Below are positions 20,117 through 28,559 of a stretch of DNA of 64,000 nucleotides, in pieces (the first letter of the stretch is position 1; each line of letters begins with the position of its first letter). The notes under the pieces were generated by a model. That model saw only the letters and a list, made by a program, of their open reading frames with translations. It did not search any database and was not told the origin of the DNA. The translations under genes were made by a program, and so were the position numbers. The DNA comes from an uncultured Parachlamydiaceae bacterium (GTDB lineage Bacteria; Chlamydiota; Chlamydiia; Chlamydiales; Parachlamydiaceae). The stretch lies in NCBI GenBank assembly GCA_963742415.1, contig CAVULX010000002.1:1-64000 (forward strand), in the 5' to 3' direction.

Positions 20117-20605
20117 ATGATACGTCAATTTACTGCCACAGTCTATATCATTAAAAACCAACATGTTTTATTAATTTACCATCGTAAATTGCACAAATGG
20201 CTGCCTCCCGGCGGTCACATGGACCCCCATGAAATTCCACCCGAAACAGCTAAGCGGGAAGCCTTTGAAGAAACCGGGCTCGAAATTGAACTTCTGTCGC
20301 AAGAAAATATTTGGATCGACCGTTGGAATGCCAAAAGCTTCGAACGCCCTTTTATGTGTTTGTTAGAAGAAATTCCCCAAAGGCCCGACTTCCCTGCCCA
20401 TCAGCATATCGATATGATTTATGTGGGGCGCCCCATCGGAGGGGAATTGATTGAAAATATTGAAGAAACTGGGGGCCTTCGCTGGTTTTCTCTCGATGAA
20501 ATCGAAAGTCTGGCAGGGGATATCGACATCTTTGAGGAAACCAAAGAAGCAATCCGAACAATTTTTTCTTCCCATTTTGAAGCTCCAGCTGAGGTGGAAA
20601 CATGA
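20117..20605 (+). CDS. NUDIX hydrolase
   Basis: PGGHMDPHE...TAKREAFEETG Nudix box. Confidence 0.92.
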   Translation: MIRQFTATVYIIKNQHVLLIYHRKLHKWLPPGGHMDPHEIPPETAKREAFEETGLEIELLSQENIWIDRWNAKSFERPFMCLLEEIPQRPDFPAHQHIDMIYVGRPIGGELIENIEETGGLRWFSLDEIESLAGDIDIFEETKEAIRTIFSSHFEAPAEVET

Positions 20606-21702
20606 CAAAAAAAAGCATTTTTATAGCTGCAACAGGTCAAAATGTGGGAAAAACAACCCTTTGTTTAGGGATCATTGCAGCTTTAAAAAAGCGATTTCCT
20701 TCTGTAGGGTTTATTAAGCCGGTCGGCCAGCAACATGTCAAAATAGCTGATGGTTTAAATGTCGATAAAGACGTTGTATTATTTAAGAACCACTTTCAAC
20801 TAGATTCCCATTGGGCCGATATGAGCCCGGTCATATTCCCCTCAGGGTTCACGAGAGACTATCTCGATGGAAGCGTAACAGAAGAGGCCTTGAGGCGCAA
20901 AATTGATGAAGCCTTCAAGAAAATTGACTCTTCGAATGCGTATACTGTCGTGGAAGGAACCGGCCACGTTGGCGTCGGCTCCATCGTGGGAATGAACAAT
21001 GCCCAAATTGCCGCCCAATTGAAGTTGGACATGCTCATTATAGCCGCGGGAGGGATCGGCTCTGCGCATGACGAGCTAACCCTTAATTTTAACCTGGCCA
21101 AACACCACGGGGTCAATATCCGCGGAGTCATCCTCAACAAGGTTCTGAATGACAAACGGGAGATGATTCTAGAGTATTTTCCCAAAACACTGCGCCGCTG
21201 GGGCATCCCCTTGCTTGGATGTGTTCCTTATCACTCTTTTCTCAGCAACCCAACCATTAAAGATTTTGAGTATCTGTTTGATACGACGCTTATTTCGGGG
21301 GAGCCGCACAGATATAGACATTTCCAAAACGTCCGCCTTGTGGCAGGATCATTGGAAGCTTATCAAGATGACATGATTTACAACTCTCTCGTTATTACCC
21401 CTGCAACACGGGAAGACATTATTCAAGCCACCCTGCAGCGGCATCAAGAATCGTTGGAAATCGATCAAATGGACTTTGCAGGGGGGATGATCCTGACTAG
21501 CCGCCTTCCCCCAAGCAAAGAGATCATCGAAAAAATTCGAAGCGTCGATATTCCAGTCTTATATGCCCCGCTTTGCAGCTATGATGCGATGAAAATGATC
21601 ACCTCGTTCAACGCCAAGATCCGTTGGGAAGATACCCCTAAAGTCGAACAAGCGATCAGACTCGTGGAAGATAATATCCATTTTGATCAGTTGCTGACGT
21701 AA
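20602..21702 (+). CDS. BioD-like P-loop plus DRTGG protein (Pta N-terminal region only)
   Basis: ATGQNVGKT, FIKPVGQ, VVEGTGH, GVILNK, ITPATREDII; no PTA catalytic domain. Confidence 0.85.
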   Translation: MTKKSIFIAATGQNVGKTTLCLGIIAALKKRFPSVGFIKPVGQQHVKIADGLNVDKDVVLFKNHFQLDSHWADMSPVIFPSGFTRDYLDGSVTEEALRRKIDEAFKKIDSSNAYTVVEGTGHVGVGSIVGMNNAQIAAQLKLDMLIIAAGGIGSAHDELTLNFNLAKHHGVNIRGVILNKVLNDKREMILEYFPKTLRRWGIPLLGCVPYHSFLSNPTIKDFEYLFDTTLISGEPHRYRHFQNVRLVAGSLEAYQDDMIYNSLVITPATREDIIQATLQRHQESLEIDQMDFAGGMILTSRLPPSKEIIEKIRSVDIPVLYAPLCSYDAMKMITSFNAKIRWEDTPKVEQAIRLVEDNIHFDQLLT

Positions 21703-21811
21703 AAACAGAGCCAGTGAGATCGCTGCTGATTAAATATTTTTTAAATTTGGAGAAATTCGGAAATTTCTAAGTTACTGAAACCGGAAATTTCTGCTATAGC
21801 AATCACGTTAT

Positions 21812-23194
21812 TCATTTCCATCTTTTCTGCCATTCAAAAAAATCAGAGGGTCTGATCTTGAATCTTGCAAAGTTGCCCTCATGAAGACTGCTCACTTCAA
21901 TTTCTGCAACTTCTACAAATCGATTGCGATCTTCAGAAGAAATTTTATTATGAGCGAATCGAGCAATGTATTGAGAGGCTTCAATTTTATTCATTTTATG
22001 TTGAACGACTTCAGAAACAGCTTGACGTATTAAATCGCGATAACTAACGCGAAAGGGATCGGGTTGTCCAATAGCCTCTAGAGTAGCCAAATAAAAAGAT
22101 GCCGATCGCTCATAAGCCCAAACAAAAACATCGCGAAAAAGCTCTATTCGATTTAATTCATAGATTGCAAGTAAGCCCTGTATGTAGTCAGTTTCTGGTA
22201 CATCGACAAATGAGAGAGGACTCAAATTCTCTCGAATAAAGGGGATATTGCCTGCCAATCTAGATACTCTTTTGTTAACATCTAAGAAAGGTTGTAAATA
22301 AGGCAAATGAACCATTAAAAAAAATGATTGTTCAAAGGGATTTTTTATAGCAGCAGCTTTTTGAATGATCAGTTGAAAATATTCCTCAATCAGTTGTGGT
22401 ACTTCAATGGGATGGTAAACTGATTTTCCTATTTTGACTGGAATCATTCGCAGTCTGCCACATGCTTTTGGATCTAAAAGGAGATTATTTGAAAGAAGTC
22501 CATGAATATTTAGAATTGTGTATCGATTAATGTCGATTTCTTCAGCCATCTCTACAATGAATTCAATTGCATCCTTATGGTTTAGGATCATTTGAGCTTC
22601 CTTGTGATCTTTCCCCGGAGCTTCTTCACCTGTTGCTAACAATTTTTCTGTTTCTAGAAGAGAATAGGTATTTCCTTCTAAGCGGCTTGAATTCCATGAT
22701 AGATCAATTAAGAGCCGTTGGTAAATTTTTCGTGCATAAGTTCCCGCAGGGCGGCCTTTATCATTTCCTGAAGCTCCCAGCGTCATCAACTTTTCAAGAA
22801 TGGATCTGCTTAAATAAAATGTTTGATTCGGTTCATATGAATCTAGAAATTCTCTTCGATAGCTTACATGCTGACGCAGTTGAATTGGAACAGAAATTAG
22901 CCTCTGCAGCGCTTTGCCTTCTTGCGAAAGCGGAATGATCGAAGCTTTTTGTAGTGGTTCAGCTTCTAACGCCGTATTATCTAGATTTTCATTTATAACG
23001 TATTTACTACTTCTTCCTAAACCCTCAACCCTTATAATTCCCATTTTAACTAAACTAGACAATCTATATTGCAAGGTTCTTTTGGAGGTTGCAACTGTCA
23101 GCAGTTTTGACAATTCTCCTATAGAAATTCCATCTGGGTAGCTTGCGATAATTTGAACAAGATTTTTCAATTCTTTTGTTATTTTTTTTGACAT
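21812..23194 (-). CDS. Fic-family protein with N-terminal winged HTH
   Basis: wHTH (SKRTLQYRLSSLV...G.GRSSKY), SSRLEGN inhibitory motif, variant Fic motif YLQPFLDVNKRVSR. Confidence 0.92.
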   Translation of the reverse strand: MSKKITKELKNLVQIIASYPDGISIGELSKLLTVATSKRTLQYRLSSLVKMGIIRVEGLGRSSKYVINENLDNTALEAEPLQKASIIPLSQEGKALQRLISVPIQLRQHVSYRREFLDSYEPNQTFYLSRSILEKLMTLGASGNDKGRPAGTYARKIYQRLLIDLSWNSSRLEGNTYSLLETEKLLATGEEAPGKDHKEAQMILNHKDAIEFIVEMAEEIDINRYTILNIHGLLSNNLLLDPKACGRLRMIPVKIGKSVYHPIEVPQLIEEYFQLIIQKAAAIKNPFEQSFFLMVHLPYLQPFLDVNKRVSRLAGNIPFIRENLSPLSFVDVPETDYIQGLLAIYELNRIELFRDVFVWAYERSASFYLATLEAIGQPDPFRVSYRDLIRQAVSEVVQHKMNKIEASQYIARFAHNKISSEDRNRFVEVAEIEVSSLHEGNFARFKIRPSDFFEWQKRWK

Positions 23195-23235
23195 TCTTGT
23201 TTACTCATAAAACTGAAATTGTTCTTTCAGATAGG

Positions 23236-23392
23236 TTGCGCGATTCAGGCTTTTCGCGCAACTTTATACTCTTAATATTGCGCGATTCAGGCTTTTCGCG
23301 CAACTTTATACTCTTATATTGCGCGATTCAGGCTTTTCGCGCAACTTTATACTCTTATATTGCGCGATTCAGGCTTTTCGCGCAACTTTATA
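23236..23392. repeat. Tandem repeat of four 41-42-bp palindrome-containing units
   Basis: TTGCGCGATTCAGGCTTTTCGCGCAACTTTATACTCTTATA starting at 23236, 23278, 23319 and 23360 (last unit partial). Confidence 0.97.
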
Positions 23393-23634
23393 AATTCAAC
23401 TTTTTCATGCTTTGCGTTTAATCCTTTTGTAATGGCTTCGTTCCTTTCCACTTTTTCATTCTTTCCATGCCTTCCATACTCCCCATCCTTCTCCCGGCCC
23501 CTCAAGGTTTTACTATGATGGAAAATTGTTTTTGTTATTATTATTTAGCATGAAAATTATAACGAATTGATTCAATGCGCTTTGAAATCTGAATATAAGC
23601 AAATTTGTTTTGCCTTATTTTTTTTGCAGCAACT

Positions 23635-24120
23635 TCATTCTGAAGGGGGGTCTAAGAGTTCGAGCATGACTTTGCGGGGTGCTTTTTTCAGCGCCTCTTG
23701 CGGGATTTCCCTGTGTAAAGAAATGTTTTTATGACTCAGGAAATATTGCGTCAAATCATTCCGATTTTTTATTTCCACTAAAATGGCCTTTAGCTGACCT
23801 AAGAGGGCGTGCAATTCGATCTCCTCAACAGGAACATATTCTTCTAAAATTTCGATCGATCTCTGATGGGTAAGCTCCCCTTCCAAACGGCTAATCTTTT
23901 GCTGTTGGGCAAACTGACAAACAAGAGTTATTAACTCCTCCCTTAATTTTTCAAACACCGCAACGAGATCTAACCTCTCATCCAAAAAATCTTCAGCTTG
24001 CTCATTATTTTTATTCAGCAGAGCGGTTTGTTCCGATCTCTGGTTGCTTAAAAAGCTGCGTAAGATCACAATTTCTCGAGAAATCAATTCTTCCAACTGG
24101 GCAAAAAATTTTTGATCCAT
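23635..24120 (-). CDS. Helical hypothetical protein, FlgN/export-chaperone-like
   Basis: Coiled-coil pattern L..E...L...L.....EQ.ALL and C-terminal L..I...N; ATG at 24120 follows the GT9 gene. Confidence 0.5.
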   Translation of the reverse strand: MDQKFFAQLEELISREIVILRSFLSNQRSEQTALLNKNNEQAEDFLDERLDLVAVFEKLREELITLVCQFAQQQKISRLEGELTHQRSIEILEEYVPVEEIELHALLGQLKAILVEIKNRNDLTQYFLSHKNISLHREIPQEALKKAPRKVMLELLDPPSE

Positions 24121-24124
24121 GAAC

Positions 24125-25201
24125 TTAAATTTTATATTGATTTTTGAAGGTGTTAAAAATTGTTTCCTCATTTAAATCTTTAATACAAGCCCCTGTAGGA
24201 CAGGTACGTAAGATAGGACACCGTCTTTCAAATTTCTTTCCATAAGGGCATTGCCCCTGCATTCCGTGATGTTGCTTCCCTTGCGGTTTATACTTTTCAG
24301 AAGAGGAAGCTCCAAAAACACTGAACGTAGGAACCCCTGTTGTCCCTGCAAGATGCAACGGAAGGGAATCCATCGCTATCACCAGATCCATTTCTCTCAT
24401 AACGTTTTGCAGAACAGGTAAAGGCAAACGGTCAACTATTTTTGAAGATATAGGATGTTGAGCCTGCAAGTCAAGAGCCACTTGTTTTTCTTCTAACGAC
24501 CCCCAAACAAATAGAAAAGAGCAATTTAAGTAGGCTTCCAATTTTTTCAAAAAACCTGCTAGTGCTTTGGTGGTCAACTGTTTATTCTTCCAAGCAGATC
24601 CTGGACAAACCATGACTCTAAGGTGATCTTTTCGTCTCAGACTTTGTGGATGTTCCAAAACTTCTAATATCTGGCCGACCTGTTTTTGTTCCTCTCCATT
24701 GATTTTTAATGAAATCCCCTCGTCCTCGAATGGTGCATCGTCACAAAAATATTGCTGAACCAATGATAAATATTCAGTTCGAACATTTAGGCCTTTAGGA
24801 GGATCATAACGTCGATTGGTGGCCAACATATTGGGCCATTCCGCCACAGTTTTTCTTCCAAATCCCACTTTGTCTTTTGCTTTTGCAAGAAAACTGACTA
24901 AGCCCGATTTGCTATTTCCCTGGAGATCAAAAACAATGTCATAATCTGACTCCCGCAACTCTTCACGAAAAGAGGCGATTTCCCGCCAGGTTTTTGTGCT
25001 GAATAAATTTTTTCTCCACTCTTTACTGTTAATAGCTACCACCCGGTTCACATAGGGATGCGCTTTAACTAATTCAGTAAAAGGTTTTTCAACAACCCAA
25101 TCGAAAAAGGCCATAGGATATTGCTTGCGCAAGTAAGCGAGCGTTAAAAAAACGTGAATGATATCGCCAAGCGAAGAGGTTTTAACTAGAAGGATCTTCA
25201 T
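24125..25201 (-). CDS. waaC: LPS heptosyltransferase I-like glycosyltransferase (GT9)
   Basis: MKILLVKTSSLGDIIH, DWVVE, YDIVFDLQGNSKS, DSLPLHLA. Confidence 0.8.
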   Translation of the reverse strand: MKILLVKTSSLGDIIHVFLTLAYLRKQYPMAFFDWVVEKPFTELVKAHPYVNRVVAINSKEWRKNLFSTKTWREIASFREELRESDYDIVFDLQGNSKSGLVSFLAKAKDKVGFGRKTVAEWPNMLATNRRYDPPKGLNVRTEYLSLVQQYFCDDAPFEDEGISLKINGEEQKQVGQILEVLEHPQSLRRKDHLRVMVCPGSAWKNKQLTTKALAGFLKKLEAYLNCSFLFVWGSLEEKQVALDLQAQHPISSKIVDRLPLPVLQNVMREMDLVIAMDSLPLHLAGTTGVPTFSVFGASSSEKYKPQGKQHHGMQGQCPYGKKFERRCPILRTCPTGACIKDLNEETIFNTFKNQYKI

Positions 25202-26072
25202 AGGAAATCGTTTCCTGAATCATTTTTTTCATATCTTCCGGAAGAGATGCTTGTATTTGGATGGTCTCCTCGGTCATGGGATTCTCAAAAGCAATTTCAA
25301 AAGCATGAAGCATGCATCTGGGCGGCTTAATCTTGCATCTGTATTTTCTGCCATAGAGATTATCGCCCAAAATGGGATGCCCCATTTCACTACAATGCAC
25401 CCGAAGTTGATGTGTTCTACCCGTCACTGGCCTCAAAAGGAGCAACGCCGCATTCTTCCCCTTCTGTTCCACGATCCATTCCGTTTGGGCTCTTTGCCCT
25501 TGCTCTGGCTTAACAGATCCCCGCAAAGATTGACCTTCAAAAACACTCCGTTTCCCAATATAATTACTGATAAAGCCTTTTTTGCTATTTGGGCATCCGT
25601 CAACAATAGCAAGGTAGGTTTTTTTAACTAAACGGCGGCGGAAAAGACCCACCATTTCTCGATGCATAAAGGATGTTTTGGCAAACATGAGTATTCCACT
25701 TGTATCTTTATCCAGCCGGTGAAGCAATATCAACGAGGGGGAAAACCGCTGAAGCGCTTTTAAAAAAAGTGGACTATCAGAAGCATATCCTGGAGGCTTA
25801 TTATAAATTAATAAATGGTCGTCTTGAAATAAAATCCGGGATGAGTCAAGCCCGCTGCTTTTAGGCTCAGGAGCTAAAACAAAAAAAACCGAATCCCCTG
25901 CTCCCAATTTGGTCGATGCAAAATGTTCTTGCCGGCCATTAATGGTACATCCCCCGTTTTCAATGGCCATTTTTATTTTTTTTGCAGATGCAGAAGCCAG
26001 CCTTAGCTTCAGGAAATCAACTAACTTACTTCCCGATTCTTCTTTTGCAACAAGCCATTTCTGCATACTCAA
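25182..26072 (-). CDS. RluA-family pseudouridine synthase
   Basis: S4-like N-terminus, NKPPG, HRLDKDTSG, TGRTHQLRVH, GHPILGD. Confidence 0.95.
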   Translation of the reverse strand: MSMQKWLVAKEESGSKLVDFLKLRLASASAKKIKMAIENGGCTINGRQEHFASTKLGAGDSVFFVLAPEPKSSGLDSSRILFQDDHLLIYNKPPGYASDSPLFLKALQRFSPSLILLHRLDKDTSGILMFAKTSFMHREMVGLFRRRLVKKTYLAIVDGCPNSKKGFISNYIGKRSVFEGQSLRGSVKPEQGQRAQTEWIVEQKGKNAALLLLRPVTGRTHQLRVHCSEMGHPILGDNLYGRKYRCKIKPPRCMLHAFEIAFENPMTEETIQIQASLPEDMKKMIQETISYEDPSS

Positions 26073-26092
26073 CTTTGAATCTCCTGGGTAGG

Positions 26093-27121
26093 TTATACAC
26101 CTGGAAATTGTTGTAAAAAGCGGAGGTCATTTTCAGTAAAAAGGCGGATATCTTTGACCCCATTTCTTAGTAAAATTAGCCTTTCTATCCCCATTCCCCA
26201 CGCAAACCCAGTAAAAGTCTCCGGATCTATTCCGCCATTTTTAAGGACTTCCGGGTGCACCATACCCGCGCCGGCAATTTCTAACCAACCGGTATATTTA
26301 CATAAACTGCATCCGGCCCCTTTACAAGTCAAACAACGGAGATCCACCTCCATCCCCGGTTCAACAAAGGGGAAATAGCTAGGACGGAACCGTGTTTCCA
26401 CTTCCATCTTAAATAGCTTCGTCAAAAATTCATTCATCGTCGAAAATAAATCGGCAAACGAAACCCCTTTGTCGATATACAAACCCTCTATCTGATGAAA
26501 AAAAACGTGGGAGCGGGCAGTTATCGTTTCATTGCGGTAGGCCTTGCCGGGGGTAATCACCCGTATCGGCGGCTTTTGCGCTTCCATCACCCGAACTTGC
26601 GTATTCGATGTATGGGTGCGCAACAAAATTTTGTCCGCGATATAAAAAGTGTCTTGCATATCACGGGCAGGATGATCCGGGGCAAAATTTAGAGCTTCAA
26701 AATTATAGTAATCCGTTTCTATGTCGGGCCCATACTGAACAGAAAATCCCATCCCAACCAATATCTCGATCACTTCATCCAACATTTGTGTCACCAGATG
26801 CTTCCGTCCTGCATAACGGCGGCGGCCAGGAAGGGAAGTGTCGATTTTTTCTTGCTCCAAGCGGATCTCTTCCTCTTGAAGAAGAAACTGATGGTGAGCG
26901 GCTTCCAGCTTTGAAGTGACTTCCTCTTTAACCTCATTGACATCTTTGCCAATCAGCGGCCTTTCTTCGGCAGAAACATCCTTTAAGGCTTTCATTAATT
27001 GCTGAATAGCCCCCTTTTTACCGAGATATTTGATTTTCAAAGCTTCGAGATCTATTGTAGAATGGACTTGGGCGAATTCAGCGTCAAATTGCTGGCGCAA
27101 CGCTTCGATTTGTTGCTTCAT
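26093..27121 (-). CDS. pheS: Phenylalanine--tRNA ligase alpha subunit
   Basis: HPARDMQDTFY, LRTHTS, FRPSYFPFVEP, GFAWGMGIER. Confidence 0.98.
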   Translation of the reverse strand: MKQQIEALRQQFDAEFAQVHSTIDLEALKIKYLGKKGAIQQLMKALKDVSAEERPLIGKDVNEVKEEVTSKLEAAHHQFLLQEEEIRLEQEKIDTSLPGRRRYAGRKHLVTQMLDEVIEILVGMGFSVQYGPDIETDYYNFEALNFAPDHPARDMQDTFYIADKILLRTHTSNTQVRVMEAQKPPIRVITPGKAYRNETITARSHVFFHQIEGLYIDKGVSFADLFSTMNEFLTKLFKMEVETRFRPSYFPFVEPGMEVDLRCLTCKGAGCSLCKYTGWLEIAGAGMVHPEVLKNGGIDPETFTGFAWGMGIERLILLRNGVKDIRLFTENDLRFLQQFPGV

Positions 27122-27179
27122 GATATTTTAAATTTTAATTTTTTTACCATAGAGACACAGAGACAGCGAAGTAAAGGAA

Positions 27180-27394
27180 AATGAAGCCGTTGCAAAAAGA
27201 TTAAACGTAAAGGTCGAAGAGAAAGATTAAACGCAAAGGCGCAAAGGCGCAAAGGAAAAATAAAGAAAAATCGCAAAGGTGGATAAAAAAAATAACATTA
27301 TTTTAATTTTCCCTTTTTTCTTTGCGTCTTTGCGCCTTTGCGTTTAATCTTTCTCTTTCACCCTTGCGTTTAATCCTTTTGCAACGGCTTCATT
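27180..27394. repeat. Long imperfect inverted repeat (MITE/REP-like), CGCAAAG family
   Basis: AATGAAGCCGTTGCAAAAAGATTAAACG...GATTAAACGCAAAGGCGCAAAG versus CTTTGCGCCTTTGCGTTTAATC...CGTTTAATCCTTTTGCAACGGCTTCATT; partial copy at 23410-23439. Confidence 0.9.
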
Positions 27395-27411
27395 CTTTCA
27401 ATCCCCCTTGC

Positions 27412-27768
27412 TTAAGCAAGGGCTTCTTTCACACAGTCCACAACTGCTGCAAAGCTTTGCGGATCGCTCACGGCCATATCGGCCAGTATCTTTCTGTCAA
27501 GTTCACATCGCGCTTTCTTCAGCCCGTAAATAAACCGGCTATAAGAAATTCCATTTATTTTAGCAGCAGCCCCAATACGCGTGATCCATAGGCTGCGAAA
27601 ATCCCGTTTTCTTAGCTTTCGGTGATCGTAATTATATGATAGGGCACGCACGACACAGTCGCTGGTAAGACGCAAATGGTTTTTACGGTCTCCCACAAAC
27701 CCTTTCGCACGCTTAAATAATCTTTTTTTGCGACGATGTGAAGCGACACTATTGGTTACTCTAACCAT
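27412..27768 (-). CDS. rplT: 50S ribosomal protein L20
   Basis: MVRVT...[28 protein letters not shown]. Confidence 0.99.
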   Translation of the reverse strand: MVRVTNSVASHRRKKRLFKRAKGFVGDRKNHLRLTSDCVVRALSYNYDHRKLRKRDFRSLWITRIGAAAKINGISYSRFIYGLKKARCELDRKILADMAVSDPQSFAAVVDCVKEALA

Positions 27769-27789
27769 CGTTCTTCTCCACTTTAAATG

Positions 27790-27987
27790 TTATTCCACAC
27801 ACATTAAACGCTTATAGGTCTTAGCCACCGAATCAAATAATATGGCCGGCTTGGAAAGTTGCCGTTTGCGTTTAGGTGCTTTTCCTGTATTTAGATGCCG
27901 TTTTCCAGGCTGACTGTGCTTCAGCTTTCCCGAAGCTGTTACTTTAAACCTGGCTGCGACGGCCTTTTTTGTTTTCATCTTAGGCAC
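27790..27987 (-). CDS. rpmI: 50S ribosomal protein L35
   Basis: MPKMKTKKAVAARFKVTASGK. Confidence 0.99.
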   Translation of the reverse strand: MPKMKTKKAVAARFKVTASGKLKHSQPGKRHLNTGKAPKRKRQLSKPAILFDSVAKTYKRLMCVE

Positions 27988-28001
27988 AAATATTCTCCTA
28001 A

Positions 28002-28559
28002 CTATAAATCCGTAGATTCTTCTTTTGATTGTTGTCCCTGTTTTGATGCCTCTTTCTTTTTTTTGGCTCCTGGGGCCAAAACGACCGATAACGCACGGCC
28101 AAGCATCTTGGGCGATGATTCAGTCATCGCAACATCTTCCAAGGAATCACAAATCCTTCGGACGATCTTTTCCCCATATTCGATATGCATCATTTCCCGA
28201 CCACGGTACGTGCATGTTATCTTGACCTTATTTCCTTTAGCAATAAAGTCCCGAGCATGCCGGATCTTGGTCTCCAAATCGTGATTATCGATGTTAGGCT
28301 TCAGCTTAATTTCTTTAACTTTAGCCTGATGCTGAGCTTTTTTGCTCTCTTTCTCCCGTTTTGTTTGATCGTATCGGAATTTACCGAAATTAATGATTTT
28401 ACAAACGGGTGGATTTGACCCCGGGACAATTTCTACAAGATCTAACCCTGCCTCATCCGCTCGAGCTAATGCCTCGTGAATCGGCAAGATCCCTATCTGC
28501 TCCCCGGTTTGGCTAATCACACGAACTTTTGGCGCTCTAATTTCTCTATTAAATTTCAA
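28002..28559 (-). CDS. infC: Translation initiation factor IF-3 (TTG start)
   Basis: NREIRAPKVRVI, LDLVEI, KEIKLKPNIDNHD, YRGREM. Confidence 0.98.
   Translation of the reverse strand: MKFNREIRAPKVRVISQTGEQIGILPIHEALARADEAGLDLVEIVPGSNPPVCKIINFGKFRYDQTKREKESKKAQHQAKVKEIKLKPNIDNHDLETKIRHARDFIAKGNKVKITCTYRGREMMHIEYGEKIVRRICDSLEDVAMTESSPKMLGRALSVVLAPGAKKKKEASKQGQQSKEESTDL

Noticed and set aside
23236-23392. CRISPR array
   Set aside because: The sequences between palindromes are near-identical and only 15-16 bp, and there are no cas genes in the window.
28557-28559. Non-ATG start of infC as a novelty
   Set aside because: Non-AUG starts are usual for infC.
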